The notes under the pieces: generated by a model | Told to the model about the DNA's origin: nothing | The model's database searches: none | Seen by the model: the letters and a program-made list of their open reading frames with translations, nothing else | In this document: piece after piece, positions 1 to 12,972 of the stretch | Numbering within the stretch: the stretch's first letter is position 1 | Layout: each line of letters starts with the position of its first letter | From: Eledone cirrhosa | Taxonomy: Eukaryota | DNA: 64,000 bases | Direction of reading: 5' to 3' | Assembly: GCA_964016885.1 (NCBI GenBank) | Contig: OZ024742.1 | Span: 4,154,001 to 4,218,000, forward strand | Position numbers and translations under genes: made by a program

Positions 1-224
1 TTAGTTATCAGATATAGTGTTGGCAATAACAACAATTGATGTAAATCACGCTAGCTGTAAAATGATGTCAAGGTAGTTGTAACAGTGACATCATCTTCAC
101 GGCTACATCTACTATCAACACCATCACTGCTACTATGACTAATAAACATTCCACAACCACTACCACGAATACTTCTAATACTAATACCACCACCTCCACC
201 ACGACTACTACAACTAGCACTACT

Positions 225-680
225 ACTGTGTGTTTTGGGATGTAAAAATGTTTAACAAAAAGATTCAAAACAAAATAAATAGCCCAACGGCAGTGGGGAG
301 TTTCCGAGAGTCACACATGGAGAAATCCCGAAAACTCCACATCACCCAGACCACGAGGGCATGTACCCCCTCCCAGTAGTACTCTCCATACTCGGAGCAG
401 GCCCCTTCAATTGAGTGATGCTCGCCTTTCACTGACCTTTCAACAAACTGGTTGAAAGACGGCACTTTACTCTCCAATCTAATTTTCTTCAAGTGAAACC
501 CGAAAAAATTAATCAGGGCTTCGCCTAGAAATGTGGTACTCTTCAACCCTTTCAGATGTGTCCCCATACGACCTCTTTGGCCATAGCCATCAGAGATTGC
601 CTGCCCCTCACGGCTAAAGGAAGGTGACGGGACAATCTTCATGATGGTCTCAACTGAAAGCTGGATACGTGACAGAATGG
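225..680 (-). mobile_element. Tx1/L1-like LINE, 3' fragment (divergent subfamily)
   Basis: ORF 265..642 (PSFSREGQAI...LKGLKSTTFLGEALINFFGFHLKKIRLE...FVER) matches the C-terminus of the Tx1-like ORF2 copies at 8.5-8.8 kb and 15.5-15.7 kb. Confidence 0.75.
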
Positions 681-703
681 ACTAATAATAGTAAAACAAC
701 TTT

Positions 704-704
<1 letters not shown>

Positions 705-757
<53 letters not shown>

Positions 758-921
758 CTAATACAACTGCTACCATTACTAATGTTGTTGCTTCTAATGT
801 CATTATGACAAATAATTACCCGATTTTTCTGTAAAACCCCACTGTCCCAGTCTTTTGTATTGTCCCCTATATGTCGGCCCTTGTGGCCAATAAATGAAAT
901 CATTATGACAAATAATATAAT

Positions 922-980
<59 letters not shown>

Positions 981-1007
981 GTAGTAGTAGTAGTAGTAGT
1001 AGTAGTA
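705..1007. repeat. (ACT)n/(AGT)n microsatellites enclosing a + strand Tx1-like 3'UTR remnant (~820-905)
   Basis: Triplet tracts are visible. TGTATTGTCC...GGCCCTTGTGGCCAATAAA resembles the Tx1-like 3' ends at 9.0 kb and 15.9 kb. Confidence 0.75.
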
Positions 1008-1124
1008 ACATTGCAACTAACAAAATAATTTGATACTGTTGGATTTTGAGAATCGGTTGAGAGCCGAAGGGAGTGACTTGTGATATTTCGTAAGGGCCCG
1101 TTACGATCTAAGCATAATTTCTGC

Positions 1125-1420
1125 TTCTACTTCACCCACTTATTTCCTTAGAAGGTTGTGGGGAAGAGTCCTCAAACCCGCGCTTTCAGTGGGTCCTTTC
1201 AGAAGCAGCTCTCTCCAATTGATCCAGCTGGATGCACCAAACAAGACCAGCCGAGGCCATGGATCTTATCTAACCCTCTTGTTCGGGGTCTATCCCTGGG
1301 TTTCCTGCCGGTTGGTTTTCCCCTTAAAATCTGTCCAGTGATTCTTTCCTGAGACATTCTAACTACATGTCCGCAATATCGGGAAGTAGCGGCTCTACCT
1401 GGAGCGACTTTGGGTTTAAG
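1125..1420 (-). mobile_element. RTE-clade (Expander/Rex3-like) LINE 3' fragment
   Basis: Manual minus-strand translation gives LQVEPLLP, then after a frameshift RYCGHVVRMSQERITGQILRGKPTGRKPRDRPRTRGLD, the typical RTE C-terminal GH..RM/GRRPRGRP motif. Confidence 0.7.
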
Positions 1421-1589
1421 CTGGAATCCGACTTCAGATCAGCAAATAAAGTGTTCTGGCTGGTCATCCACCGAAAACGTCTAGATCATATTTGTGTTTC
1501 AACATTCTCGGCTCGATATATTAATATAACAGTCAAATCCTGGTTTTGACTCCTTCGATTATACTGTCCTAGCCCTTCAAACTTTAGTG

Positions 1590-2290
1590 TTCTTGTGTCG
1601 CTACCCAGAGATCGATACATAGTAGGAAGCTTTGTATCATTACAATGAGATCGATACATAGTAGGTAGCTTTATGTGGATATCCAAGAATATAAATACAG
1701 TCGTGTAAATGTGTCGATACATAGAGATAGGATTTCTGGTTTAGGTATAAGATTTACAATTTGGGAAGAGGCATAAGACGATTAAATCGACTCCAGTTTA
1801 TTTTATCGTACCCTAAGAATAAAAGGCAAAGCTAACCTGGGCAGGATTTCAACTCAGACCGTAAAGTGACGTACCTCTATGCCACAAATCATGTTACCCG
1901 ATGCTCTACTGATTCTATCAATCCACCGCTCTTCGATACCCAGAAATATATAACAGGTAGTGTAGCTTTGTATCGATACCTAGAGTTCGATAACATGGTC
2001 GAGTAACTTTGTGCCGAAACTCAGAAATATATATAGAGTAGGGTAGCTTTATGTAAATAGTCAGAAATCGATACGCAGTAGGGTATCTTTGTGCCAATAG
2101 CCAAAAATCGATACCAAATAGAGTAGTTGATAGCCTGAAATCGATATTCAATATTGGCCTTTTACTAACCACATGAAATCGATTGTCAATTCAGTAAACT
2201 TGTGCCTATAACCAGAAATCGATATACAAGTGGGTAGACGTGCGTCACCACCCAGAAATCGATATACAATATCTGTGCTATTGTGTTTCC
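1590..2290. repeat. Degenerate ~35-40 bp minisatellite (core AGCTTTGTATCGATACCCAGAAATCGATAC) interrupted by a SINE
   Basis: AGCTTT(G/A)TG and GAAATCGATA recur through the interval. Confidence 0.65.
1735..1930 (-). mobile_element. tRNA-derived SINE (same family as 10745-10930)
   Basis: Reverse complement contains CTGAGTTGAAATCCTGCC...CTTTGCCTTTTATTC...GATAAAATAAA. Confidence 0.65.
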
Positions 2291-2719
2291 TGTTCAATAT
2301 AATCTTCTCATGATTCATTATAATTCTGTCCAATTGACATTTCGTGTCATCTTAACATCCCCTCAGTGAAATGTCAGCTACAGAATATTATCACAAGGAT
2401 TAAAGAGATCTTGATATTCACAACAGAAAGCCGTATCGATCCTGATGACATTTATATAATCTTAGTCGCCAGTTTATCAAATTCCAAGCATTCATAGTCC
2501 ATAAGCTTACTATTTAATGCTAAGGTGAGTTTTCATCACTAATATTGCGTTTTATTATCTTAAATCAAACAGGTTTTTTTACTTTACAGCTCAGCGCTGC
2601 TGCTTTCTCTGTTGTACACAAATCCTAGCATACTTTAGACAAGATATGTATGTGTCAGTGTATTTAGCGCCTACTATAATATGCTGCGTAAGTTTTTATT
2701 TCATGGGACATATGCGTCA

Positions 2720-3108
2720 TACATACATACATACATACATACATACATACATACATACATACATACATACATACATACACATATACATACATACATACAT
2801 GATGACATGATGGCTGCCCCCTCGTTATCGAGTATGGCCATTGCACGAGGAGAAAGAAAAAAAAAAAATAATAATAATAATAATAATAAATAAATAAAAA
2901 GAAAATAAAAATAAAAAATAAAAAAAATATATATATATATATATATACATATACATACATATATACACACACACACACACACATACTCACACACATATAC
3001 ACATACATTAATAACAATAATAATAATAACAACAATAATAATATACATATACATATATATATATACACACACACGCACACACATAAGCATATCTATACAC
3101 ACACACAC
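2720..3108. repeat. (TACA)n, (TAA)n, (TA)n and (CA)n microsatellite block containing the RTE 3' tail (~2800-2855)
   Basis: Directly visible. The ORFs annotated here are repeat artefacts. Confidence 0.9.
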
Positions 3109-3116
3109 GATAGCAA

Positions 3117-4130
3117 CTAACAGCGCTGCGATCGAATGTGGCTTTTTAGCCCAGCCAATGATCTAAAATGTCTTGCACAGAGTCGGCAACCAAAACATTT
3201 ACTGGGAATAGTCGGATGTGGTTGGAGTTCGTGTACTTTTGCATGTCGCTTGAGCCCTCCTGCTGATTTACATTCTCTACCACATGTTTGGCAAGCATGA
3301 TGAGTAGCATCTCCAACAGCAGCCTGGTAGTCAACCACTGGTCTTACTTTATGACTGCGAAGATGACTTTCGAGTCCAGCTTTGCTTAGGCAGAGTCTCG
3401 CACATACGCTGCATGTCAGCACCATAGGAGGACCCTCGTCGTCTGGAAGTGCAACAGCAATGCCCTTCCTCACATCCCGCTTTACTTTTCCTTTAACCAA
3501 CTCTCCATAAAAGAGTTGTTTTGGTATTCTAGAATCCTTCATCCTGGCAAGGTGACCACTCCAACAGAGTCGTTGCTTAAGCACAAGAGCTTCTATACTG
3601 TCACACATAGAGCTTTCCAAAATCTCGACATCACTGATGTGGTCCCTCCAGTGAACGCCATGGATCCGTCTGAGGCACATCTGATGGAAACGCTCCAATT
3701 GCTTAAGGTGGGGTCGATATGTCACCCAGGTCTCGCAGGCATAAAGAAGACAAGAGAGCACACATGCCCTGTACACCTTTACCTTTGTCCTCCTGCATAT
3801 GTCTCGCCGACCCCAGAGTCGCCTTTCTAGCTTTCCGAAAGCATCACTTGCTTTCCTAATCCTAAGTGAGATTTCACTGTCAAGGTTGCTGTATCGATTG
3901 ACAGTGCTTCCCAGGTAGACAAACTGATCAACCACTCCAAGTCGTTTGCCATACACATAGATGTTTGGTTCAGTGTACTGCTTACCAGGAGCAGGTTGGT
4001 ACATGACGACGGTTTTCTTGAGACTGACAGTCAGACCTAGGGCAGTGCAAGCGTCAGAAAATGCATTCAAAATGTGCTGCATATCACTCTGTGTGCGCTA
4101 CAAGATCGCAATCATCTGCATACAAGAGGT
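3117..4130 (-). pseudogene. RTE ORF, RT C-half plus C2H2 fingers
   Basis: ORF 3117..4082, extended upstream to include YADD. Confidence 0.9.
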
Positions 4131-4180
4131 TTCTTATGATTGATGTAAATACTTTTGTCTTCGCAGCAAAGCGCCTGATG

Positions 4181-5888
4181 TTAAATATGCTGCCTGAGGT
4201 TCGATATCGGATGTAAACACCATGCTCGTAATTCCTGAATGCAATACAGAAAACCATTGCAAAGTATATGGCAAACAGGGTCGGTGCTGGAATATCCCCC
4301 CTGTTTCACTCCATTTTTTACTGAGATAGGCTCCGACATGTTACCCCCGACATTAACCCAAGCCTTCATGTCGTCATGGAAAGACCTAACTAAAGCAAGG
4401 AACTTATCAGGGCAACCAAGTTTCTGGAGAACCTTCCATAATGCATCTCTGTTAACAGTATCTAAAGCTTTTGTCAGATCGACAAAAACCTGATACAGAT
4501 CCAAGCCTTGTTCCATGCACTTCTCCTGGAGCTGTCTAGCTGAGAAGATCATATCAGTAGTGCCGCGTCCAGCACGAAAACCAGATTGACTTTCAGGAAG
4601 AACACAATCTGCAATGTGTGTCAGCAGACGGTTCAGAAGCACCCTACATAAAACTTTCCCTACGACAGAAAGCAATGATATACCTCTGTAGTTCCCACAA
4701 TCGTTCCTGTTACTCTTTCCCTTGTACAAGACCACAATTACTGCATCTCTCCAGTCCTCAGGTACGGATTCATTAGCCCATATCCTGCCAAACAAAGAGT
4801 GAAGATGTTGCAGGAGTCTCTCACCACCATATTGTAGGAGCTCAGCATGTATGCCATCCATACCTGGAGATCTTCCACTGTTCAGCTTCGAAATAGCCAC
4901 TGCAACCTCCACAAGCGTCGGAGGTTCTGCGAGAGCTACTTTCACAGGGCTTTCTGGAATGAGATTGAGGAAATCTTCACTGACGACAGACGGCTGATTC
5001 AAAAGAGCATCAAAGTGCTCTCGCCACCTTCGTAGAATTCTTTGTGAGTCACGAAGAAATTCTTTGCCATCCCTGCTGCGAAGCGGTGTCACCAGAGAAG
5101 AAGACGGTTCATAAACCTCACGCAAGAGACTGTACAACAGCTTTGTGTTATTGGAATCAGACGAAGTTTGTATCTCACCAGCCTTCTCACTCCACCACTG
5201 ATCCTTCATCTGAGAAAGACTCCGCCTAACACGTGATTTTACATCCCTGAGTTCCTCATGCAACGTATTCCTCTCCTGTGGTTTTGCCGTCAAGTAGCAT
5301 GACAGAGCACGCTTCTTATCAGCCAACAAGTCTTCTATATGTACATCATTCTCATTAAACCAGTCCTGATGTTTCCTCTGCGCCAATCCCAGAACACGCC
5401 TGCCTACATCATAAACCGACTTTTTAAGGGTCGGCCAATCCTTACCAAGATCTGCAGCCTGCATCTCTTCTTCCAATGTCCTCTTCACATTTTTATCCTT
5501 AAGACGAGCAGCATTCAAACTTTTGGGCAGAGCAACACCAGGAGCCCGGATTTTACGTTTAGTGATTAGTTTCACTTTTGCGCGTACCAGGCGGTGGTCC
5601 GTCCAGCACTCAGCTCCACGAAGAACACGAACACACCGCACATCCTGTCTGTCACGCATCCTGACTAGGACGTAGTCCAAAAGATGCCATTCCTTAGATG
5701 CAGGATGCATCCATGTGGTCTTGAATTTGTTCTTTTGTTGGAACATGGTGTTGGTAACACACCGATCCAGCTCCTCACACATCTGCAGCAGGAGCATACC
5801 ATTGCTGTTACACTTTCCCACCCCATGCCTTCCGATTACATTCCATGTGTTAAAATCCCTACCCACTCTAGCATTAAAGTCACCAAGC
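4181..5888 (-). pseudogene. RTE ORF, endonuclease C-half plus RT N-half
   Basis: Part of ORF 4181..6034. The frame breaks just after GVKQG (~4290). Confidence 0.9.
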
Positions 5889-5959
5889 ACATACATACAT
5901 ACATACATACATACATACATACATACATACATACATACATACATACATACATACATAAA

Positions 5960-6808
5960 TAGAGATGCAGGCAAAACACCTAGAAGTGATAACAAGTTCA
6001 GACTCTGCAGAACTAATATCGAGGAAACACCCATATCATCAGCAGCTACCCAAAGATGTCATCGCGGTACTATCTACCTATGAGGCATGATGTAGTGGCC
6101 ACTGTACAATGCAGTTCGTCAAAAAGATAGCCCCGATAATAAACACACTAAAAGCTACAACAATGTGGAAGACATCCATGTACATAATATGAAAGAGTAG
6201 TGGTGGAATGTTCCAGTAAAACCCCAATAAAATGCAGACATAACAGACCAGATATTATGATATGGGACAGGGAGAAGAAAACATGCACAGTAGTGGAAAT
6301 TAGCTGCCCAGCAGATGCCAATATAATATCAAAGATTAGTGAAAAGGAGAATATTTATGCAGAACTGATGAGAAATCTGCAGATACTCCACCCTGATTAC
6401 ACCTTCAGATTTATGCCTGTGATTATTGGGGCACTGGGATATGTTAGTAACTGCCTTAATACAAATCTTGAGAAGCTAGGCTTTACAGGAACAGAAAGAA
6501 CACAACTAGTTAGGAAACTACAAGTACAATCCATTAATGGAACAGTAAAATTATGTAAAACATTCCAAAGATTTTGCATCTAATAACTGCATAATCACAT
6601 GTACAGATACAAAGCATATACACATGCACACATACAACTCAAAATATACACATCCACACATACAATAACATCCACATCAACACACGCATGCATACATACA
6701 TATCTACCTAGTTGATGTGTAAATTCCAATGAGAGAGTTTTGTGTCTATGTTAGAAACCGACTCTCTATTTGTAAAACTTTGTGAAATTATAAAACCAGA
6801 AGAACATT
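5960..6808 (+). mobile_element. R4/Dong-like RLE non-LTR retrotransposon, 3' fragment
   Basis: Degenerate CCHC/RHD region (RLCRTNIEE..., MRHDVVA) and RLE nuclease HNRPDIMIWD...VVEISCP...EKENIY...PVIIGALG (ORF 6200..6583). (CATA)n lies on both sides. Confidence 0.9.
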
Positions 6809-6941
6809 CATACATACATACAGTTGATTCAATGATTTATAAGAAAAAGAAATCAGTAGAAAATGGTGGAGAGATTTTTTCAGTTTAATATTAAACTGAA
6901 AAAATATTTCCAGCATTTTCTACTGAATTGTTTTTCCTTTT

Positions 6942-7124
<183 letters not shown>

Positions 7125-7259
7125 CGTGTGTAGTCCCGATACGTACTGCTCCTTATATGTATGTCCTGCACTGTAACTATGAGTATTCCTTTCTATATAT
7201 TGTGTAGGTGCTTAGGTCCTTGGGTACTCTGAGTAAAAGAGAAGTACAGTACAGTGTTT

Positions 7260-7650
7260 AGTAATGCTACATCCCCTATGTTGTGTATATATATGAGAAG
7301 AAAGGTGCCATATAGTGCTACATTCTGTATGTTGTGTATATATATATGACAAGTAGTGTGTATAATACTACATATGTATGTTGTGTGCATATATATGAAA
7401 TGCAAGGTGCCATATAAAACTACATCTCTATGTTGTGTATATATATCAGAAGTAAGGTGCCATATAATACTACATTCTGTATGTTGTGTATATATATATA
7501 AGAAGCAAGATGCCATATAATACTACATATGTATGTTGTGTATATATATATGAGAAGTAAGGTGCCATATAATACTACATATGTATGTTGTGTATATATA
7601 TATGAGAAGTAGTGTGTATACTACTACATCTGTATGTTGTGTATATAAGT
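7260..7650. repeat. ~50-bp degenerate minisatellite (GGTGCCATATAATACTACAT..GTATGTTGTGTATATATATGAGAAGTAA)
   Basis: About 7-8 recognisable copies. Confidence 0.8.
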
Positions 7651-7811
7651 AAGTCGACAGGTTTAGTTTCTGAATGTTTCAGCTATTTCCATCTTTGCGA
7701 AGGTATTTAAAATTAATGTGATTGTTTCGGTTTTCAACCCACACATTCCCATTTTGGTTGTTCCTACTTTTAGATCTTTATGATAGGATTGTTAAGCATT
7801 TTAGTTTGGGA

Positions 7812-9072
7812 TTATGCGTACATCGCGTCCGTCATCTACTACCGCCTGACCGTCGTACCTTGTCCTAAGCCTCGCCTGACTGCGCTGCAGCGTTTGCTCT
7901 TTCGCTTTTTGTGGAAAGGACGCGCTCCGATGGTCAGGCGGTCCATCTGCTGTCAACACCCGCTACGTGGAGGGTTGGGGATGCCGTGACTGATGATGCG
8001 CAGACACGCGCTCAGGCAACGACATATCCACCTCTTCCTAGACGGTGATCAGGTGTGGTCGCCGTTTGCTAGACGCGTCTTTCCCCAGCTCGTCTCCTTG
8101 ACGGAGCTGCAGTCCTGAGTCAAGCGAAGACCGAGAGAAGGAGCGCTTGGAGACTGGAATGTCTTCAGGCGCTCACGGCCCTCGACCAATCGGGCAATGT
8201 GATCGGTAGAAACTCCACCTTGGCGTTCTATAGAGGATTAGTGGAAAGAAAGAGCGACGACGTACTTGGGGAAACTCTAGGCGTCGACGAAAATCAACTC
8301 GCCAATCTCTTCGGAAGAACTTTCGGGCCGAGGTCTATGGATAATTTCCAGAAATCCCTGGCCTGGCAGTGCTACCGAGGAGTTTGCCAGTTCGCGATAA
8401 ACTCTAGAGGCATGGTGGTGCTGTCAGCCGGGCAATTCCGAGATGCACGCAGGGCGACGAAACCGTCCTGCACGCACTCGTCCAGTGTCCGAGCATTGCT
8501 GACTTGTGGGTTTATGTCGAACACCTGCTGTCGCGTGTAGGATGGATCCGGCTATCAGCTGAGTCCACTGTGAGGATTGCCCCGCCCTCTTTCTTTAGCC
8601 GGGAAGGGCAGGCAATTTTTATCCGTCTGGTGGCCGTGGCGAAAGAGATAGTATGGTGGACACGTTTGAAAGGGCTGAAGACGAGCACTTACCTCTTCGG
8701 TAATGCCCTGATTAACTGAAAGATGGGTGAGAGAGGCAAGAATGGCCCGTGTGAATGGGCCTACTCTGAGTATGTGCCTGTAAATTGAAGGTGGAAAACT
8801 GGGAGAGGGCACTTGCTCAGGTGGTCAGGGTCACCGTGCCTTTTTTAATGGGCTTTCTCCATGACGGCCCTCTGAAGACTCCCCCATATTGGGGAATTTT
8901 TCATTGTTTCTTTTTTTGTTATATCCTCTGTTTGTGTTTTTTTTACACGCAGAAATGCCCATTTGTATCGTCCTGTATTGTCCTGTATTTCCCTGTAATG
9001 TCCTTAATGTTTACTTTGTGTAAACCCTTGTGGTTAATAAAGAAAGCATTATTATTATTATTATTATTATTT
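7812..9072 (+). mobile_element. Tx1/L1-like LINE, 5'-truncated copy with zf-RVT-like region and (TTA)n tail
   Basis: Near-identical to 15197-15990 (YIASVIYYRLTVVPCPKP...GGLGMP). Also carries AWQCYRG...DETVLHALVQC, then AATAAA and (TTA)n. Confidence 0.9.
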
Positions 9073-9074
9073 TT

Positions 9075-10551
9075 TGAGTCTCAGTCATTGATGTTAGTTA
9101 ACTGGAAAGTTTGTTGAAATGACTATCAAGCCACTACCTGCAGCCTCAGATATTCAGGACGTATCGGAGGGTTCTTGCTGTTCCCAGCAAGCATGCCTTT
9201 TGAAGCGTTCCAGAAAGCGTGAAGGGGCCAATTTTCTTTAACCATCCCTGGAAACTTTTTGAGATAGTACCTAGTGTGCCTATGACAATCGGGACCACTT
9301 TGACTTCATGGCAATTCCAAATCCTTTTTACCTCCCACTTTAAGTCCTGGTATCGGTTAATTTTCTCCCTCTCCTTCTCTTGAACTCTCGTGTCGAATGG
9401 GCAGGCCACATCCACAATCAGGCACGATCTTTTTTCTTTGTCCACAACCACCAGGTCAGGTCTATTTTGTTCCAGTTTCTTGTCCGTCTGTATCCTAAAA
9501 TCCCACAGCACCTTCACCTGATCGTTTTCTATCACCGACTCTGGCTTATGCTCATACCACTTCTCAGAATGTGGTAAATTGTTTACTTTGCATAGGTGCC
9601 AGTGGATCACCCTGCCCATCACATCATGTCTCCAGCCCTTATAGTGAGTCTGGGCTAGGTGTTTACACTCGGATACAATGTGAGCCACAGTCTCCTCTCT
9701 CTCTCCACAGATCCTGCACAGTGGGCTAGCCTCCTCCTTGTAAATATGGTGTTTCAACCACTTCGTTTTGAGGGCCTGCTCCTGCGCAGCCATTAACATT
9801 CCTTCTGTAGCCTTTTTAAGGTATCCTCTTTTCAACCAGTTCCATCTCTGTGGATCTCTGAATTCAGTTTTCTCAAAGAAGGTACTATGAAGGGATTTTT
9901 CCTGAAGGCTGCTCTTTCTCCTTGATGTTGTTTCCTCCTTGGACATCCCCTGGTCTATTGTCCCCTCTTTCAGTACAGTTCTGAGCATTGGCTCCTTACT
10001 ATCAGTCACGTATTTGTGTAGGTTGTTTTTCTCCATCTGAACACAGTCCTCTATGCTGATAAGACCTCTTCCACCTTCAGATCTCCTTAAGTAGAGTCTA
10101 TCGACATCACTCCTCTTGTGGAACATGTTGTAGATAGTCAATAGCTTCCTAGTCTTCCTATCCATTTCTTTTTGTTCAGCAACATTCCATCTCAGAATTC
10201 CCGCACTATACCTAATAATAGCCACAGCTCGGGAATTTACTGCACTTATGGCATTCCTACTGTTCAGATGTGACTTTAATACGCTCCTTACTCTCCGAAT
10301 GTATTCAGTTCTTATCAATTCCTTCATTTTTTTGTTCTTGATGTCATCAGCCTCCAGAACACTCAAATACTTGTATCCTTCTTCAGAGTCAATTTCCTTT
10401 ATCATCTCACCTGTTGGTACCTGGATTCCGTTACTTTTGCTCAATTTACCCCTCTTCATCACAGGGACTCAACACTTACTAATACCAAATTGCATACATA
10501 TATCATTGCTGAAAATACGGACAGTGTCAACAAGCACATCCAACTCCTTCT

Positions 10552-10647
<96 letters not shown>

Positions 10648-10738
10648 ACTGTTCCCGAAGAGCTTAAGATCGTCCATGAAGAGGAGGTGATTGATGGTAA
10701 GCCCTCCCTTTCCCAACCTGTATCCTGCTCTCACTTTT
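9075..10738 (-). mobile_element. R4/Dong-clade RLE retrotransposon, 5'-truncated, interrupted by (GA)n at 10553-10642
   Basis: [61 protein letters not shown]...VDVACPFD...EKINRY (ORFs 10459..10734 and 9146..10462). The 3' end runs into (TAA)n. Confidence 0.95.
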
Positions 10739-10744
10739 CGCGGT

Positions 10745-10930
10745 GGGTTGGCAGTATCGGTAGAGGGTTGGACGCCATGCTTTCCAGCATAGTTACGTCC
10801 CTTTACGATCTGAGTTCAAATCCCGCCGAGGTTGACTTTGCCTTTCATCCTTACGGGGTTGATAAAATAAAGTACCAGTAATGCACTGGGTAATTGTGCT
10901 GGTCTTGTGCCTAAAGTAGAAACAATTATT
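10745..10930 (+). mobile_element. tRNA-derived SINE
   Basis: A-box-like TGGCAGTATCGGTAGAG, B-box GAGTTCAAATCC, body GACTTTGCCTTTCATCC...GATAAAATAAAGTACCAG and an ATT tail. Several copies occur in the window. Confidence 0.85.
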
Positions 10931-11158
10931 ATTTTTATTATTGAATGCTATGGTTGACGGAGGCTCGGCTCTGTAAGGTATTGTAAATTTTGACAGCTAT
11001 AACAATTGTAAATTGTTTAAAACTTTAACCAACTTGTAGACAAAAACACCCTCCTCCTCGCCAGAGGGGTATTTCTGCCCGTTATTTGGCCCTTCGGGGT
11101 TAAATAACCGCTTATTGGAGTTTTGTGCCCAATATTTATTTTAAACAAAAAAAACAAC

Positions 11159-12972
11159 ATGGCTACGAAAAAGAATTTTCATAGGTCACTCCCACTCATT
11201 CCCTCTTCTTCTTCCTCAATCGTCACTACAGCAGAGAGAAGATTGTCTCTCTCCCTCCCTTCTCTAAATGTGTCTCTCTCCCTCCCTTCTCTTTCGCAAG
11301 CGACGCCAGAAAAGAAAAATCACGTGCAAAGCGTGAAACATTTCTCCACGACGACGACGACAACGACGAAAAAGGTGTCCGTGAAATACGAAAACCCATT
11401 TCATTTGTCTGACGTCAGGAATAATAGCAGTAGCAGCCGTAATAACAGCAGCAGCAGCAACAGTGACAAGGAAAACAACAGTAGCAGCCGCAACAGCATC
11501 AGCAGCAGCATAAACAACAACAGCATTAGCAGCAACAGCAACAACAACAGCGAGCAGCAGCAACAACAACAACAACCACAGCAACAGCGGCGGCGGCAGT
11601 AGTCGTAGTGCCTGCAGCAACAACAAAAGTACAGCAGCTCTGACGACAACAACAACTACAACAGCAGCAGCAAAGAAAAACCAATCTCATTTGCAGGTAT
11701 CGCAAAGAACCTGGAAACCATCCTCATAACAAATGAGGAATTAGAGGAAGCGAAGAAGATGGTGACGAAAACCGGATACCGAGCAATCTGCAAGGCAGCC
11801 GAAACATTTTTCGAAACCCAACAGCACTGTACGGTCACGTACCGTACAGTAAGCACAAAATCCCATAGGGTTCAAAGAGCCACAGAGGCTCAAATACAAA
11901 AAGCCTTAGGGTCTGTGTGGCAGCGGAAAACGCACATCACCCGAGGCAAGAAATATGCCACCGTAGACGTGCTTTTTGCCACACCCCAGGAGGCAAAGGC
12001 TCAATTCTTAGTGACCCTAAGGAGCGAGGAAATAATGTTGGTGCCCTCCTACTGCGGGCAAAAAATTGTGAGGGTCAAACTGACCCACGTCCCCTCCGGT
12101 ATGGCCCCTTCTTGGCTGGCCGCGTCTGTCCTCGTCGGAATCGAGGACAAAACAACTGTACTGCAAGTACAGAAAAAAGTAAGAGAAGATTGGGTCGGCA
12201 CCTCCATTGAGATGTTAATCCAAACCAACCAGGAGTGCATCGAAGCTATCCCGGATGTGATAGACTTCGATAACGGCACTCAACTGCCCATAAGTGTTGA
12301 GGGCAAACGCCCGAAATGCTTTCGCTGTGGATCGAAGACTCACCTCAGGGCCTTCTGTAACGAGAAGACCCTGAGAAAGGAGAAAACCCCCTCCTTCCGA
12401 GACCGGCTCCATGGCTATCAGCAACAGGACAAGCGGCAACCAGGAACGATAGGTCCGTGGCACCCACACCCACGTCACGGAAATCAAAAACAGCAGCAGC
12501 AGTGGAAGTATTAACAACAACAAAAGTAATGCCAAATGCAGTTGCAACAGAGACTCCAGTGCAAACATCACCAACAACAACAAGTGAAAGAGTGGAGCTG
12601 GTACCCCTCCCCGACCTCACAGAATCAGACATGGAGTGTGAGGTGGGAGAGGGATGGCAAAAGGTCGTAAGAAGGCACAAACGCAGAAGCAGCGCATCGT
12701 CGCCTTCGAAAAGGGAGGAAAGAAATGAAAAAAGGGTAAAGGCTACTGCAAAGAGATTCACAGCAGCAACACCACCAACACCATCACCTCCCACACTAAC
12801 ACCACCATCACCACCGGCGACAACCCCACCGCCAACAACAACAACACCTTCAACACCACCACCACAAGCACCAACATCGCAAACACAACAACAAAACACA
12901 CACACCCAGCAACAACGACAAGAAAATAGCAGAACCACATCCCACCCCAGAAAAACAAATGCACGGCAATAA
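11159..12972 (+). pseudogene. Tx1-like ORF1 (gag-like, zinc knuckle), frameshifted
   Basis: ORF 11759..12514 contains VEGKRPKCFRCGSKTHLRAFC. The flanking Ser/Gln-rich and Thr/Pro-rich segments lie in adjacent frames. Confidence 0.8.

Larger units (their letters stand above)
2800..5888 (-). mobile_element. RTE/BovB-type LINE, 5'-truncated, frameshifted, with three C-terminal C2H2 zinc fingers
   Basis: APE endonuclease motifs LGDFNARVG, LLDYVLV and TDHRLV. RT motifs NYRGISLLS, QSGFRAGRGTTDMIF, FVDLTKALDTV, GVKQG, LLYADD (~4110-4127) and FVYLGS. Fingers CSVC..HLRSH, CQTC..HAKVH and CRLC..HIRSQ. Flanked by (TACA)n on both sides. Confidence 0.95.

Noticed and set aside
1040-1110. GPY motif suggesting a Gypsy integrase
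   Set aside because: It is flanked by stops, and the adjacent sequence is better explained as an RTE 3' end.
11045-11075. TCCTCGC resembling an HDV ribozyme L3 loop
   Set aside because: I could not find matching P3, P1 or J4/2 elements. It forms only a simple hairpin.
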